A DNA stretch of 37,266 nucleotides from Spizellomyces punctatus DAOM BR117 (Eukaryota). The notes beneath the pieces are model-generated. The model searched no databases and was not told where the DNA came from. It saw only the letters and a program-made list of their open reading frames with translations. This document shows, in pieces, positions 20,430 to 33,960 of this stretch. Within the stretch, counting starts at the first letter, position 1. Every line of letters begins with the position of its first letter. Both the position numbers and the translations under genes were made by a program. The DNA lies in NCBI GenBank assembly GCA_000182565.2, contig KQ257456.1. The stretch is one strand, 5' to 3'.

Positions 20430-23170
20430 ATGGCTTTTTTGAAAACCGTCCCTGAAACCTGTAGACGATCCAGCTCAGATTCATCCAGGTCGAGGACCGA
20501 TACATCTTGGTCGAGTACAGATTCATCTCGGTCCAGGACCGATACATCCTGGTCGAGTACAGATTCATCTCGGTCCAGCACCGATACTTCCGACAGTGAA
20601 AGTAGCTCAGAGTACAGCTCTTCGTCTGATTCTCAAGGCTCAAGGAGACGTCCCGGAAGAGACTCCAAGAAGCTTGCGGGGATATACTTCCAGAACCGTT
20701 GCTGGATGGACAGTTACCCGAAAATAAAAACGACTAAGTGTGGAACATCTTCAAGTAATAGTCGCCGGAGCATGCATCCAGCCAATGACAGTCGTGAGCT
20801 ACCTAGGCGTCAACCTGCACCGTAAGTATACAGTTCAGCGTAACCAACTAACTTGATCTTCCAACTTATTTTGCTCTTCTTATTTCGATTGCATTGCTTT
20901 CGACCAATTCTCATGACAGTTCTAAGCGCAGGGCTCTGTCTCGCGAACGTAGAGCACAAAAAAACCGTCGAAAGAAAGAGCGAAGAAGGACAGGGCTCAG
21001 GGAAGAGCTCAGGGATCGTCAGGAGCTTAAGGCACGGGCAAGTACTTACCGACCATCCTACCGACCATCCTACCGACCATCCGCCGAAACGATACGCTCA
21101 AAGAATGGTCGCGATTCGAGGAGGTCTTTGGATGAGGATAAGCAAGCGGTTCACCAAGTCAGCGTGACTGTCGGCAGTGGCTCTTCTGCCGACACAAAAG
21201 CTACGCAAGAAAGATCTTTGCCTTCGTCTATCAACGTCATTGCTGATTGTCGACCGTCCAAGATAATACAAAAGCTAAAACAAAAAGCCGACAGTGTCGC
21301 TCATACAGTTGAGTGTACTCGAGTAGCTCATCCTGTGGAGACTACTGGCCGAGAGCGTAGAACGCCTGAGCTCCCGAAACTTTTGACCCCGCCACTCCAA
21401 TGCTCTCCTACAACCATGTCCCCCAAAAAATCGACGCTGATACAGCCTAAACATCGCAGCCCGTCGGGTGTCAGTGACTCAGATATGGGTACTTCATGGG
21501 GTCCTAGTCGTGTTGATAGCCCCTGGACGTGGCTCCCAGAATTCCCAGCTTGTACAACAAGCGTTGGAGATGCCATGCCAGTAGATTCCCTAGTCCTCGC
21601 TACCCCACTGAGAAATAGGACGACATCGTCGTCTTTGCCAGTGACGGCTGATTCAACGTCAAGTCACGATTTCAACATCTCAAGCGACGCTAAGGCTATG
21701 ATACCAGAGGATTCTCCAATCATCGCTAGCCCGACGATGAAGATGGAGGAACCATCATCTATGGCAATGGAGATTGACCCGCCTTCGCCAAATGACTTTT
21801 CGAACATGTCACTGGACCATCTTCTCGAATTCACCAGCGTCGTGACAATTCAAAATGACGATATTCCAGTGCCACCACCAGAGATTGTAAACTTTTTAAG
21901 TAAGCTGGAGGATCTGATCATTGACGATGCCCGACGAGACGATCTCCTTGGCGTGCAAAAACGCTTTGCAGACAAACTCCAGGAAAAATCGGAGCTGCGC
22001 CACAGTCTCAGAGAAGAGCACAAAATGGCTGAGCGTGTGGTTAACGATGGAAAAAAGCAACTAGCAGATCGGCTTCAAAGCTTGGTCGCGAACATGTTCG
22101 AAGGAATGCCTAAGACTGCCGTAGCTTATTCTAAGACTGACGCAGCTTATTCGCCCATAAGGGATGAAGTACAGGAAGATATCAAGGAGCTTCAGACGTT
22201 TTCCAGCCATGCTGACCGCCTGACCCAAAGGCTCGACCATTACGAGGACAAATCAAAGAATTGGATGGAGGAAGTGGATATGCAGAGAACTATGCAGTTT
22301 TGTGAATGGAAACAGACGGGCGGAGGCATGATCGAAGAGTTAAGGACACATGTCCATGCTCAATCCTCTCAGGTGGACGAATTGGAAACACGAATGGCTG
22401 GCCTAAAAGAAAAAATTCAAGGGCTTACTGCTGTCGCTGAGAACCTCGAACGGACCTACAACAATCTAGACTCACAAGTTCGGCTAAGCAGTGAAGCACT
22501 CTCATTGCGAGAAACGATCAATGAACTATCAGCTGAAGTTACAAGTCTATCAGAAATATTTGATCAATATCGATGGCAAGCAATGGTGAACAAACTAGGA
22601 AGAGATCGGGCCGCGGTAGTAAACCTGATGGAAGATCTCTCGCTGCTTCGCGATCAATTCTTATCTAGCAAAACCTTCCAGAACTTTGTTGTGCACGTAT
22701 TCCGTAAAGAATTTATACGAGTGTACGGTAGAGTTTCCGAAACTCTGGCACAAGCCTTCATCAGCAGGCTCAGCGAAATTCACCAAAAAATTTTCATGGA
22801 AGCTACCAACGAAGTTACACAAGCAGGAAATTTATACGACGAGTTACGAGATAGGTTGGCTAAACTTAAAGTACAAAGTGACGAAGACGATGAGTTAGAA
22901 GTGGAACTTATGACTGGAATCTCTCCCTCGAAGCTACGGACACGTACTGCACCTCCCGCGGCTGAACCCTCTTGTGATGAGAAGCGTGATAGTCCGGCAT
23001 CGATACAGGAAACATCGGATCCTTCTGTCCTCACCTTGCGTTCAGCAGATTCGGCAACACCTGCGATGGAGGAGCCACCAGTCTCACCTGTCTTGCCACC
23101 TGCATGGATTCGAAGCGGCATCCGAGATATAACGGCAAGAAGTGCACGAAAGCAATTGCAACACTTTTAA
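20430..23170 (+). CDS. Hypothetical protein, Ser/Arg-rich N-terminus and long coiled-coil C-terminal half
   Basis: Exon 1 20430-20821 joins in frame across a GTAAGT..GACAG intron (20822-20919) to the 758-codon ORF ending at 23170. The start codon is uncertain. Confidence 0.75.
20468..20590 (+). repeat. Coding tandem repeat, 21-bp units in 42-bp pairs (STDSSRS/RTDTSWS)
   Basis: About six 7-aa units are visible in both DNA and protein. A separate 12-bp repeat (YRPS x3) lies at about 21047-21082. Confidence 0.85.
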
Positions 23171-23381
23171 ATAGTATGCGTGTTTGTTCCTTATGCTCAA
23201 TTACGTGCGCTGATATGAAGCCGGACGTTTGCCTTCACCGGCTTCTGTATAAAAGACATGAGATCCCATGTTTATTCGTGTTACTATTCAAATCGTTCAG
23301 CGTAACATGGATTAATACAAGACTAAGAATGTCAAGCGAAGCGACAGTGGGTATCTTTCACGCCTTCCCCAACGGTTTCTT

Positions 23382-24942
23382 CTACCCAGCAGCAATCGCA
23401 AAAACCTCTACCTCATGACATGACTGTCTATTATCTTGAAGGCGGTCGTCCGAGTGCGCCATTGGATAGTGGACCAATTGTTGAAGTTCTACAGGGTATC
23501 GCGGCACAACCAGCATCTCACCCGCTCCCGCCAGGTGCTTCTTACTGGGGACCATTGTCCCCATTGACGCCGCCCGAACTCGTTTCAAAGTTCCCTGTGC
23601 GGGAGGTTCTACTCTGCCCGCATTAAATTGCACAAAATCTCTCAGACTGTCCCATTCTGGCGGATATGGTCTCTGGGTCCAATACACGGACTGTGCCCAC
23701 TTCATCATGAAGGCCCAGTGGACGTTCCCGGCGTGCTGTGACATCTCGGCCCAGTCCCACAACCGCTCCGTCTCCTTCTGCAGTTCTTTGGCAGTATCTG
23801 ATGGTGCCGTGTATCCCAACCTGGCGGCATCATCCGAGTGGCGGATGCGTAGAATGTTTGCAAGGGAGACCCAGTACCTATCAACACAGAGCCTGGCGAG
23901 AAAAGCGTGCGCATGCATTGCACCTTCATAAATGCTGCTCGAGGCGTGTGGACAGAGGAGGGTGATAGCAAATGTGTGGTTGATGTGCGTTGTTAATGCT
24001 TGAGCTTTGGCGTAGAATGGGTTGGATGTTGGTGTCGTTGCTTGTGTGACAGAGGGTGAGTAGGTATATGAGGAGGTGCTGGGTATAGGAGGTGTGCACC
24101 AGAGAACATTGTTTGGGTCCCGAGGGGAGAGGTTCGATGCCGATTGCGCAAACTGAAGGGTCGGCCGCATCCATCCAAGATTTCGTCCATCTAATGCCAA
24201 CAGCCGATGGTCAACCCTCAACGAACATCTCTCAACACCTTTCACAACTTCTTGTTCAAACGTGGCGAATTCATCCGGTCGAATCCAGTATCGAAATCTC
24301 ATTGCTTTGGCCATCCAAAGTTCCCCCTTTCTCAGCGCATCTTCCTCCGCGTCAGTAACCTCCATCCCACACCGCAACAACAGCATCCAAACCGTGGTCT
24401 TGCACATTTTGACATCTTCATCGAAATGAAACTTTGCTGCTGTGATTCCTGCGACGACAAACTTTTCCAACGTGCCGCTCTTTTGCATGAGCTTGGTGGA
24501 ATGGTCAACCCTGGTTTCGAGATACAAGAGGGCGAGGATAAACGTCGTGATGACGGCTGTGAGACTAGATGTGCATGTGAGACCGTGGAAAAGTGTGTAC
24601 AGAATGCGAGCGCGTGCAGCTCGGGAGTGAAAGAGGGTCTCCATAAACTGAGTTGTTCGTGTGATGGTGGTGTGGGTGGGTGGGTTTTGAGGCGAGGTTT
24701 CGAGGCGGAGGGTGTGGTGACATTTGTCGAGATGTTCGATACGGTAGAGGATGTAACCTACAAAACAATGAGACATGTGTCAACAACTATGGGTATCGAC
24801 ATGAAAGCATTGTCCAAGTTCACCACTACTGATACTCACCCAAGAACGATTCGCCAAGGTCCTTTTTACACCTCTGAACCAACAACTTCATGTCAAAACT
24901 CGACTCAAACTGCATCTCAAAGATGCTCGACTGGGCAGACAT
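23382..24942 (-). CDS. Hypothetical protein (about 490 aa), 2 exons
   Basis: Exon 1 24942-24840 (MSAQSSIFEMQF..GESFL), intron GTGAGT..TTGTAG 24839-24758, then in frame with the 464-codon ORF to 23382. No family recognised. Confidence 0.7.
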
Positions 24943-26245
24943 GGCAAAAATTTAACCATGAAAAAAAGGAAATATATGGCACTGCCAGTCTGTATCTCAC
25001 TTCAAAAGTACCACCTTTTTGTAGCAAGCCCCCATAAAATTTCAAAACGAGTCAATCACAAAAAGGTTTTCCCGCCAACGAGAAACCCAAAAACCAACAT
25101 ATAATATATACAAGTATGAGGTCTCCCCCCTTTTGGTGGATTCAGGGCAAAAGCGAGTGGAGAAAAATGTCTCAACAACAACAACAAAACGAAATAATCA
25201 AAAAAAAAAGAGCGTCGGGGATATTTCTTGACATTCCCGCAAAGAAATGTTTCTTGACACCTTGTCTAGACAAGGTCTAGTTTCTGAAAACATTTACGCT
25301 CGATTTATCGAATGGAGTTTTGTAATGCTCCATCTATTGGCCATAGACTCTATTACAACAAAATACACTTTCACAACATGACCCCCAACTTCTAACACAA
25401 ACATCAAGTAACAACAACACACGGACGAGTTCCACACTCGTATACCCTCAATGACATGACAAAAACAACAAAAAAACCGTCCAGCCCATCGAAATATTAA
25501 ATCATTGACTGACCCTAACCCTCAGATTTCCATCATACTGGAAAAACACACAAAGAATACCACGATATACTGGGACTGTAACATACATGCCAACAAAACA
25601 CCAGTAGAGATCTAAGTGCGACACACAGATACAAATCAAACCCCAATACATCATAGACACATAAAAAACCTTGAATACATATCTATCAATTGAATACTGA
25701 ATATCCATACACACTTTAGACACACACTCAGCCAAAAAAAAAAAAAAAAAAAACAAAAAAAGGAAAAATAACAAATAACAAAAGATCCCTTTCAAACCTA
25801 TTTCACACTATGGTCGGGAATTTACCGGAGTATTACATAATCGGAAGAGGAGAAATGCGAGATATGTGTGTTGTGTTGTGTTGAAAAGTGCGAGTGGCGA
25901 GTTGGTTGGTAAATATGACGTTTTTGCTTGTATGATAAAGGGTTATTGGGGGTTGAATGATATTGTTAATTGTTTTTTTTGCAGAACTGGGTATGGGTTA
26001 GGGGGTTTTGTTATTTGTGAAAGAAAATAAAGAAAGGATTGTCAAGGTTTGTTTTTTTGTGTGTAAAAGGGCTATATTATTTTTGTGGGTTTTTGATGAC
26101 AACATGTTATTCGCAACAAGAAAGCATTTCATGTAGAAAACAAATACTAGAGCCTAGTAGACAGGTTACATGACAATGTTTATCAGGTAAGGACATAAGA
26201 GGCCACAATACGCCCAAACACACAACAAAACAGAAAGAGATACGC

Positions 26246-27776
26246 CTAAAGTTTCGCCTTGATACCACTCGACAATTCAATACGCTCCTCCCACGGTCCC
26301 TTTCTCCCCACCCAAACCAGTCCCCGCCCCACAAACCTCCCACTCAAAACATCCGCAACAAACCGGTCTAGCTCCGAATACGCCGCCCGCGTCTCGTTCA
26401 AAAAGGGGAACGCGACAAAAACGTGTGGCATGCCTGTGTAGAGTTGGATGGTTGCGTTTCGGGGAGGGAGGATGCGGGATAGGGCAATGGAATCTGAGGC
26501 TAGGCATTCAATAGAGCCAGATTGCTAAAAACAATATTTATGTTTTTTGGTTTAGAAAAAATGGTGGGTGCATGTGACAGGTACTTGAATTGACGGGGTT
26601 ACGTACAATGAGTATCGGAGGTAAACCCTGTAAAATCTCTGGGTCAGCCCATAGGGGGCTCATGATGGGATCGTAAAGATCTCGACCGCCTGCATACATG
26701 ATGGCGGGGTTGTACGGGTCTGTGGGAGGAACGGTCGTTTGAGGGGGTAAATAATCGAATTTGGCATCCGTCCAACTCGGACCGGATGTGTTAGACAAAT
26801 CAAGCTAGCATTTCGAAAAATTGAACAAAAACCCAACATGGATGTAACAAAAAAAGGACATTGGTAAAAAACGTACCCAAGGTGAAAACATGGCCGCACC
26901 ACCGGGAAGACTTTCCTTGGCACCAAACTGTTTTAACCAGACTAGCAACGACATGGTCAGACCTCCGCCTGCCGAGTCGCCCATTACTAGAATCTTGGAT
27001 GGAGGGATATGGAGGTCATGCGTGAGATGGTGGTAGGCCATTACAGCGTCGTGGAGGGCAGCCGGGTACGCATATTCCGGCGCAAGACGGTAATCAATAG
27101 CTAACCCAAACCCAAATCAACAAGACATTTTAACCACAGTCATGACACCGCAGAAATACTCACCAAGAACACGACACCCCGTCACCCTCGAAATCCGACT
27201 AGTGGTCATACGATGCGTCCGAGGACTCAACATATAATAAGCACCACCATGCAAATACAAGACCACTCCTCCAGAATCTCTAGCACCAGATCCAATCCAC
27301 TGAACCCACTCCCCCTCCAAAACCCCCTCCCAAGAAAGACATCCATCTAATTCAGTCCGAGTAGTCCATACAGAACGGTCCACAATGGTGCGATCAAGAC
27401 TCCACGGACGGATATCAACGCGTTTAGGATCCAATTTCATTTGCGTCAAGAGGGTTTCGCCGCGTGTTCGGCTTGCAACGGCGCGGCGTACAAGAGTTTC
27501 CTTTGAGAGTGGGGACTGGGGGTCATGCCCTTTTGCTGCTTTTTTCATCGAGATTTCTGTTGCATTTCGGACGAGCTGTTGGATGAGGTGGAGTTTGAGC
27601 GGCCAGGTGGGGTAGGGTGGACCTATCGTCAGGTGTTTTAGAGTTGTCGAGGCGACGAGGGGGAGAATGGTGAGGAGGACTCGGAGGCGCTCGGTGCGGG
27701 TCGGCGGTGGGGACGCCGGGATGGTCGGTGCGTCGATGGGGGTTAGACTGTCTTCGACTTCAGTGTCGTTTGACAT
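26246..27776 (-). CDS. Alpha/beta hydrolase, HSL/family IV esterase (Abhydrolase_3), 4 exons
   Basis: Motifs YLHGGAY, IDYRLAPE, GDSAGG (nucleophile), SPWLDL, LPPILIQSGSIECL and GMPHVF. Introns join in frame. The protein ends ..GIKAKL*. Confidence 0.93.
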
Positions 27777-28369
27777 GTTTCGAGAGTATCTCGTTCGGGA
27801 GGCGTGTAGAATGATATAACGATGTTTGTAAAAACGAGAACGATGAAGGTACGCACTCTCACACCAAGTAAGCACCAAGCAAACACCGATCATTTACCCA
27901 GTGTTCCCTCACGTGTGCATATTATGTCATCAGCCTCCATCCGTCTCCCAACACACACGTGACTAAATGCACAAACCACAACGATGAAAATCATTGGAAA
28001 TGACAGGACGAAGAGGACGTTTCTTACGCTCACCAAAAACCATATGCAATATACATATTCATGCCACTATCATCAACCAGCATTTCTTATGGTCATGACC
28101 ACATAATGATAACAACCGCTCAAACCCAAAAGACAACAGAACCACAGGAATAATCGTTTGGAACCAAACACAAGCGTACTAAACCCCAACAATAACAAGG
28201 TGTTTAAATGGCACCGTGTGTAAATGCGCAAAAAAAAAACAGCAACAACAAACGATAATCAAGAAAATAATCAATGTAGAGTGTCAATGAAAAAATGCAC
28301 GCAACAGAAAAAAACTTGTCCCAGATCGTCTCTCCCCCACACACTCAGTCAGAAAGACAAGATGCACCA

Positions 28370-30488
28370 TCACACCCTCGCCTTCTTTTTCAATTCAACC
28401 GTCTTGGCACTCTGCTCTCCCAAACAAATACGGCACACCTCGTACGCCTTGCGATAAGCTTCCAAAGCCTCCCGCTTGTACCTCTTTTCCAAAACTTCTC
28501 CTCCTCGGTGCACCCGTCCATTCCCTTCCGCTCGGTTCGCAATCGCCAACGCAGAGAGAATTACACCCAGTTCGGCATACAGTTCGACAAACTCGTGACG
28601 AAGCGGCGCGACAATGTTACTCGATTCGTAAATGTCAATCACATGTTTGATGATGGGGAGGCAGGAGGCATAGTCGCCCAGAGTTTTGTAGGCGGTCAAG
28701 AGGGGAAGATGCGCGTTCACGAGGTGGACGTGGTAGGGGTGGAGGAGACGTCCTTTTTGGTACCTGTCGATAAAGAGACGGAAGTAGGTAATGGTAGCGC
28801 CGTGGTTCTTTGATTGAACGAATTGAAAGATTTGTTGGTAATCCCGTTGAACTTGGATACGAATCATTTCGACTTCAATGAGTTTCTTAACGTGTCCGCA
28901 ATTGTCGCAGCGACATTCCTTTTTGAGAAGCTCTTCACGGGCTTTAGCGTCTTGTTCTGCAGCCTGTTTCTCTTCCTCAGTTTTCTCATCTCCCTGCTCA
29001 CCGTCCTTGGATGCCAATGTTTTGCTGTCATCGACCACATCTTCCGATTTGGTGTCAACGGCCTTGGTATCTTGCTTCTCTTCCGCCTTGCTCCCATTCG
29101 CGGACGCACCATTCTCTACAGGGTGGGCATCCTTGGCAATTTCAGGAAACTCGGATTCAGCCAGGTACACCCCCACATGACACTTTTCGCACAGCACACC
29201 GTCCAAGAACCGATCGACAGACTTGCGCAATGGAACACGGCACCGGCTGCAGTCACACCGAATTTGTTTAGTGTTCAAGAGCTCCTGCTTCCGTGTCGAA
29301 CGAGGCTGGAAAAGCTCAATGTGAGACACGAGGAGTTCCTCACCAGCCTTGATGGGCTTGATGGTGCGGTAGGTCAAGATGCCGCGATCAGCGGTGAAAT
29401 GGCAGTTGGGAGCACAGCTGTGAAAAGGAAACCATCAGCCCCGTTCATACCTAGCAAAAATGAAATGCAAACACATACCTGTGCTTAAAGAACAGGGATC
29501 CCATGGGGAACAACCCAAATGCCGTGTCTGGCGTGTCGCGGAAAACAGTCACCACGGCGTGCACGACACGCGCTACAACCAACACGATAGCTCACCAGCA
29601 GTCTTTTCATCGTCATCACTCAAGCTATGCGCATTGGTATTGATACTAAAATTCCACACATGAGACCAATGCACGCAAAGGAGAACCGACGACTGGCAAT
29701 GACTTACCGACAGGCCAGCTCAACCAGCTTTGGAGCAGACGTTGCCAACGACTCTGGCAAGATCTCTGACATGTCTTGCGCAGCGGCCGCAACGCATTTT
29801 ACCCAATTCTTGTCAAACACCTGTGGATGCAGCGCAAGCTCATTGATGCACCACCATGGCGCAATCGGCGCATCGGTCACCTCTTCCTTGGCCATCTTGG
29901 CGCGACGCTCTTCAAGGACACGACGAACAATGAGGGATAGTGTCAAACGCAAGAGATCAACGTTAATGTCATGCTTGGTTGCAATGTCTGTGAGTTTCGG
30001 AACAATGGGGCATTCCAGGACGTGACGGGCCGCATCGGCCTTTTGGCATGCTAGATAAAATGACAAGAAAACATGAAACACACCATATCATCGAAAGGTC
30101 CAGTCCAAGGACTGAGCGGTAACAACATACCAGAAGAACAATACGTGGTCTTTGCACATGCAGGACACGACACACGCTGCTGCAACAACTGAGCCTTGAG
30201 CAACGAGCCCACACACCGATGACAAAACTCGCTGACACAAGGAGTGCTAACAACAAGCGTCGCAGCGCGTTCTTGGCAAATCACCGTCCCAGCAGACAGA
30301 TCCTCCTTTGCAACCGCATGCCGACCCTTGGACTGCGAATGTTGGACAATGATGGGCCACTGTCCTTGTTCGACCAGTGGAGCGAATTGAGTGACATTGG
30401 TCTTGCGCGGCTTCTTTTTTTTGGTGTGCGTGGGTTTGAGAGTTGCGTCAGACACCACTGAGGGGGTTGCTTCCTTTTTTCCAACCAT
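28370..30488 (-). CDS. SET and MYND domain (SMYD-like) protein with TPR-like C-terminus, 5 exons
   Basis: Split SET domain (KGRHAVAKEDL..GTVI..E), MYND zinc finger (CHRC..CPAC..YCS..CQ..H..EC), INTNAH, FGLFP, HSCAPNC, IKAGEEL, post-SET CDCSRC and LLHPYH in the helical C-terminal domain. Confidence 0.9.
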
Positions 30489-31694
30489 CTGGACAAGGAG
30501 AGGTGTGTTGAAAACAGAGGTACGAAGCGCGAAGCAGACAAGATGGATTGGTTTATTACCTTGAGTTACAAAACCAAACCCGACACAAGAACCAAAATTG
30601 CTCCTTTGAAAATAACCAAAAATCGTTTAAAGACCAACCCAATCTTAAATCCAACAAGTGCCGTTGATGGGTCAACTCTCAACAACACACACACACACAC
30701 ACGAAGCAAACGACAACAAGCGGACAAGCTTTTGTGGGGATTGTTTGCTATCAAGCCACCACACTTAATGCGTAGTTGCCATGACAACCGGCGTCAATCA
30801 TCCGGGGAATTTTTTGTAGTTGAGTATAAATAGCAACTTGTTCTTCATTCTCCCCCCACACACACACGCTGACCCCCAGGGTTCTATGTAGGATCATTGT
30901 TTGAACGATCAATTGCAACTTTAGTTCTTTTGAGGATATGGCCATCATCATCACTCGACCTTCTGCGATAGCAACAGAATGTCACCTGCAACAAGAAAGG
31001 GGGGGATGGAATCGTTACCTGTCCCAAGTTGCCCCACTTGGCACACGTCCATTCCATCCTCATCTTTAAAAAGACCATTGGTGCACACCATTCGTTGGGT
31101 GTGCATTCAGTCCTGCAAATTGTAGACTGGATAACGGAGCAATGGGATATTCTAGTTCAAGACAAAAGACAGGACCTTGGATGCTACGTGCACTTGAATG
31201 GTTCTGTAAGAGAGTCTTGGGATATTTTTGGTTCTCGATTGTTTATGTGGAAACTTGGGAGTTATTCTCGTGACAATTCTGCATCGAGCTGATACAGCCA
31301 GATGTGCAGTCATTCGGGAGATGCACAATTCAGCATCAGCCGGCCCATAGGATATGCCCACAATGAATAACAATCATGATTATAAATCATAAAACAAAAA
31401 CAATGTGGAATGAAACCATTCGAATGTACAAATGAGAGGCGCCCCCCGTGCGTGTTTTGGACTTTTAGTTATTGTGTGGAGGAGGAGGAGAGTTTTGATT
31501 CCGGCCATTTCCCAACTGGATTTCCATTGTTCTTTTATTCCAAGATTGTTTTGTACGGAACGACGAACAAGGACGATCAAGAGGAAAGAACTACGCATAC
31601 ACACACACAGTACGCACCAACACACACAAATCACACAACCCAAAAAAACAAACATCCAACTTGCCAATTCATTTAAATGCCGCTATAAAAACAA

Positions 31695-33960
31695 ATGCCC
31701 ATCCACTTGCTCCTCCTCTTCCTCCACTTGCTAATCCCGACAAGCTATACCGCAACCACAAACCAAACCTGGGTAGTCACATCCGATAACGCCGTATGGG
31801 GAATCGGCGGACGAGAAGGCAACATTTCTCCAAATTGGAGTCCGAGCCAATGGGGTGATGTCATTTTCTTTAACAAGTCGGTTGTGCGTGGGGAGGGGCG
31901 GAATGTGGTGGTTTTGAATCGGGAGGGGGTGTTTGCGCCGAAGCGGACGGCGCTTTGGGGGAGGGTTGGGCATACGGCTGATGCGGTTGGAGGTGGGAGG
32001 ATTTTGGTTTTGTTTGGTAAGTGTTTTTTTTTTTTTTTTGTTATATGGTGTTACGGATATATGTGCGAGGTATAAGTGTGTGTGTTGACAGTGGGCATGC
32101 ATGTGGGTTTGCGCATGTTATATGCAACGTGGGTCAAAAGGACATTGCACTCATTACAGCCTCGCGGGGTGGGACACTGAGATGATAACGTACAAGGAAT
32201 GGGGCTATAACTAAAATGTTGGTTTGTCACCTTTAGGAAAATCCGGAAATGGTACATACGACCAATTGGATTACGTGGACCCCCAAACAGCCGTCCTCTT
32301 TCAAACGACCGAGAAACGCCTGCAATATATTCAAACGACGGGTGACATTCCTCCCGCACGAAGCCTGCACGTCTCCGCCTACGACGCAATAAACGACCGT
32401 GTATTCGTATACGGTGGCGAACTACAACAAAACGCCAGCGGAAATGCAAGACAAGATTGGCAGACGGCGCATACCGTTCACGTTCTATCCTGCCAGACAT
32501 GGACATGGAGTAAAGTTGTACCGCCATTAGGATTAAGAACGCAAATGAGTACTCCCGTCGTGGGAGCCACTGCTGTCCTCATGAACGGATCCTTTATAGT
32601 GTGTTTTGGTAAACCGACGCCTAATCCATGTTTAGAGTTTCAAACCGGGAATTTAACGTGGGCGGTACCCATGAGCAATGGGTCGATACCCTCACCGCGT
32701 ATTGGGGCATCGTTGACGCAATTGGGAACAAGTAACTTGGCGTACCTGTTTGGAGGATACGACGCCGCAAACCAAAAATATTTAGACGATTTATGGAGGT
32801 TGGAAATGTATGAGGGGCAATTGCAATGGGTTCCTCAACCGCATCCTGATAACCAGCCTGGACCTACACCACGAGCCTTCCACGCCGCAGTGGACCTCAT
32901 GGGCCGATTAGGAATTTACGGAGGCCAGAGTTCGACGCCATTGGATCAGACGCTGTTTTTGTTTTCGCAGGGGGTTTGGAATGAGGGGACTGTGCAGCGG
33001 GTTGCGGCGGGACGACCTCAGGGACCGACGCTTCCGACGCCGGATACGGAGCAACCAAGTGTTCCTAGGACGCAATCGCGGTTACCGATGATTGTAGGGT
33101 TGACGGCGGGGGGTTTGTTGACGTTTATTGGGGCGGCTGTTGTTGTGCGGAGGCGGACGAGGGCGAGTGGTGGACAGAGAGGGTTGTTTTTGAGGGCTGT
33201 TTCAAATCGGATTCGGAATGCGGGTCAGAGTGGGAACGCCGGTGGAGATGTGAGTGGGGATGGGAGTGTGACTACGCGTGAGGAGGACGGGAGTGCGAAT
33301 GCAAACATAAAGAATAGCAATTTGACGAGTACGAACAAGAATGCGAGTGTGCTGGAGAATGGGGAGGTCAAGAGCGGTCCACCCCCTCTGGCTCCCATTC
33401 CCTCCGGCCATCCTTTTTCACCCAATATCCCACCCAATTTCCCACCGACTGTCGCATCCAATGTCGTACCGAGCATCCCATCACCCGCACACGTCCCATC
33501 CCTCTTGTCTCTCATCCCCCTTCACATCTTACCCTCCACACCGACCTCCCACACCCGCTCACCCAGCACCCGCTCACCCAGCACCCGCCCTTCAAGCACC
33601 CGCTCATCAAGCCCACACTCGCCAAGCCCACGCTCGTCAAGGACATCCATGTACTCTATGCATACATTGGGAGCCTATGATGATGCGTTTGAAGCGTGGG
33701 CACGACGACAGTCTGGTGTCGAGTCCCATGATAATGTCGACCACGATAGTGTCGATCGACATCATGTCGACCGCATTCATGACGATGATGACCATGAGGA
33801 TCACCATGTAGATATACCCACTTTTACAGACCACCCGGACACGGACCCAATAGTCATGACTAGAGGCTCTCCAAGTCGTCTTTCGTTTGAAACGGGTGGA
33901 ACGGGGGGGACCTTGGGTGCCTATGATGATGCATTTGAGGCATGGGCGTTTGGGGATTAA
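31695..33960 (+). CDS. Type I membrane protein: signal peptide, extracellular Kelch repeats, single TM helix, Pro/Ser-rich tail
   Basis: Exons 31695-32016 and 32237-33960. Hydrophobic N-terminus MPIHLLLLFLHLLIP; Kelch repeats (RVGHTA..LVLFG, PPARSLH..FVYGG, PSPRIGA..YLFGG, PTPRAFH..IYGG); TM segment MIVGLTAGGLLTFIGAAVVV followed by RRR. Confidence 0.88.

Noticed and set aside
24207..25037. 276-aa plus-strand ORF
   Set aside because: It is the antisense shadow of the spliced minus-strand gene, which has proper splice signals.
25040..26240. A/C-rich then G/T-rich strand-skewed intergenic sequence
   Set aside because: Similar skews flank other genes here (7000-7300, 33960-34150) and fit ordinary UTR/intergenic composition.
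28295..29488. Plus-strand ORFs of 172 and 224 aa
   Set aside because: They are antisense to the SMYD coding exon and have no independent motifs.
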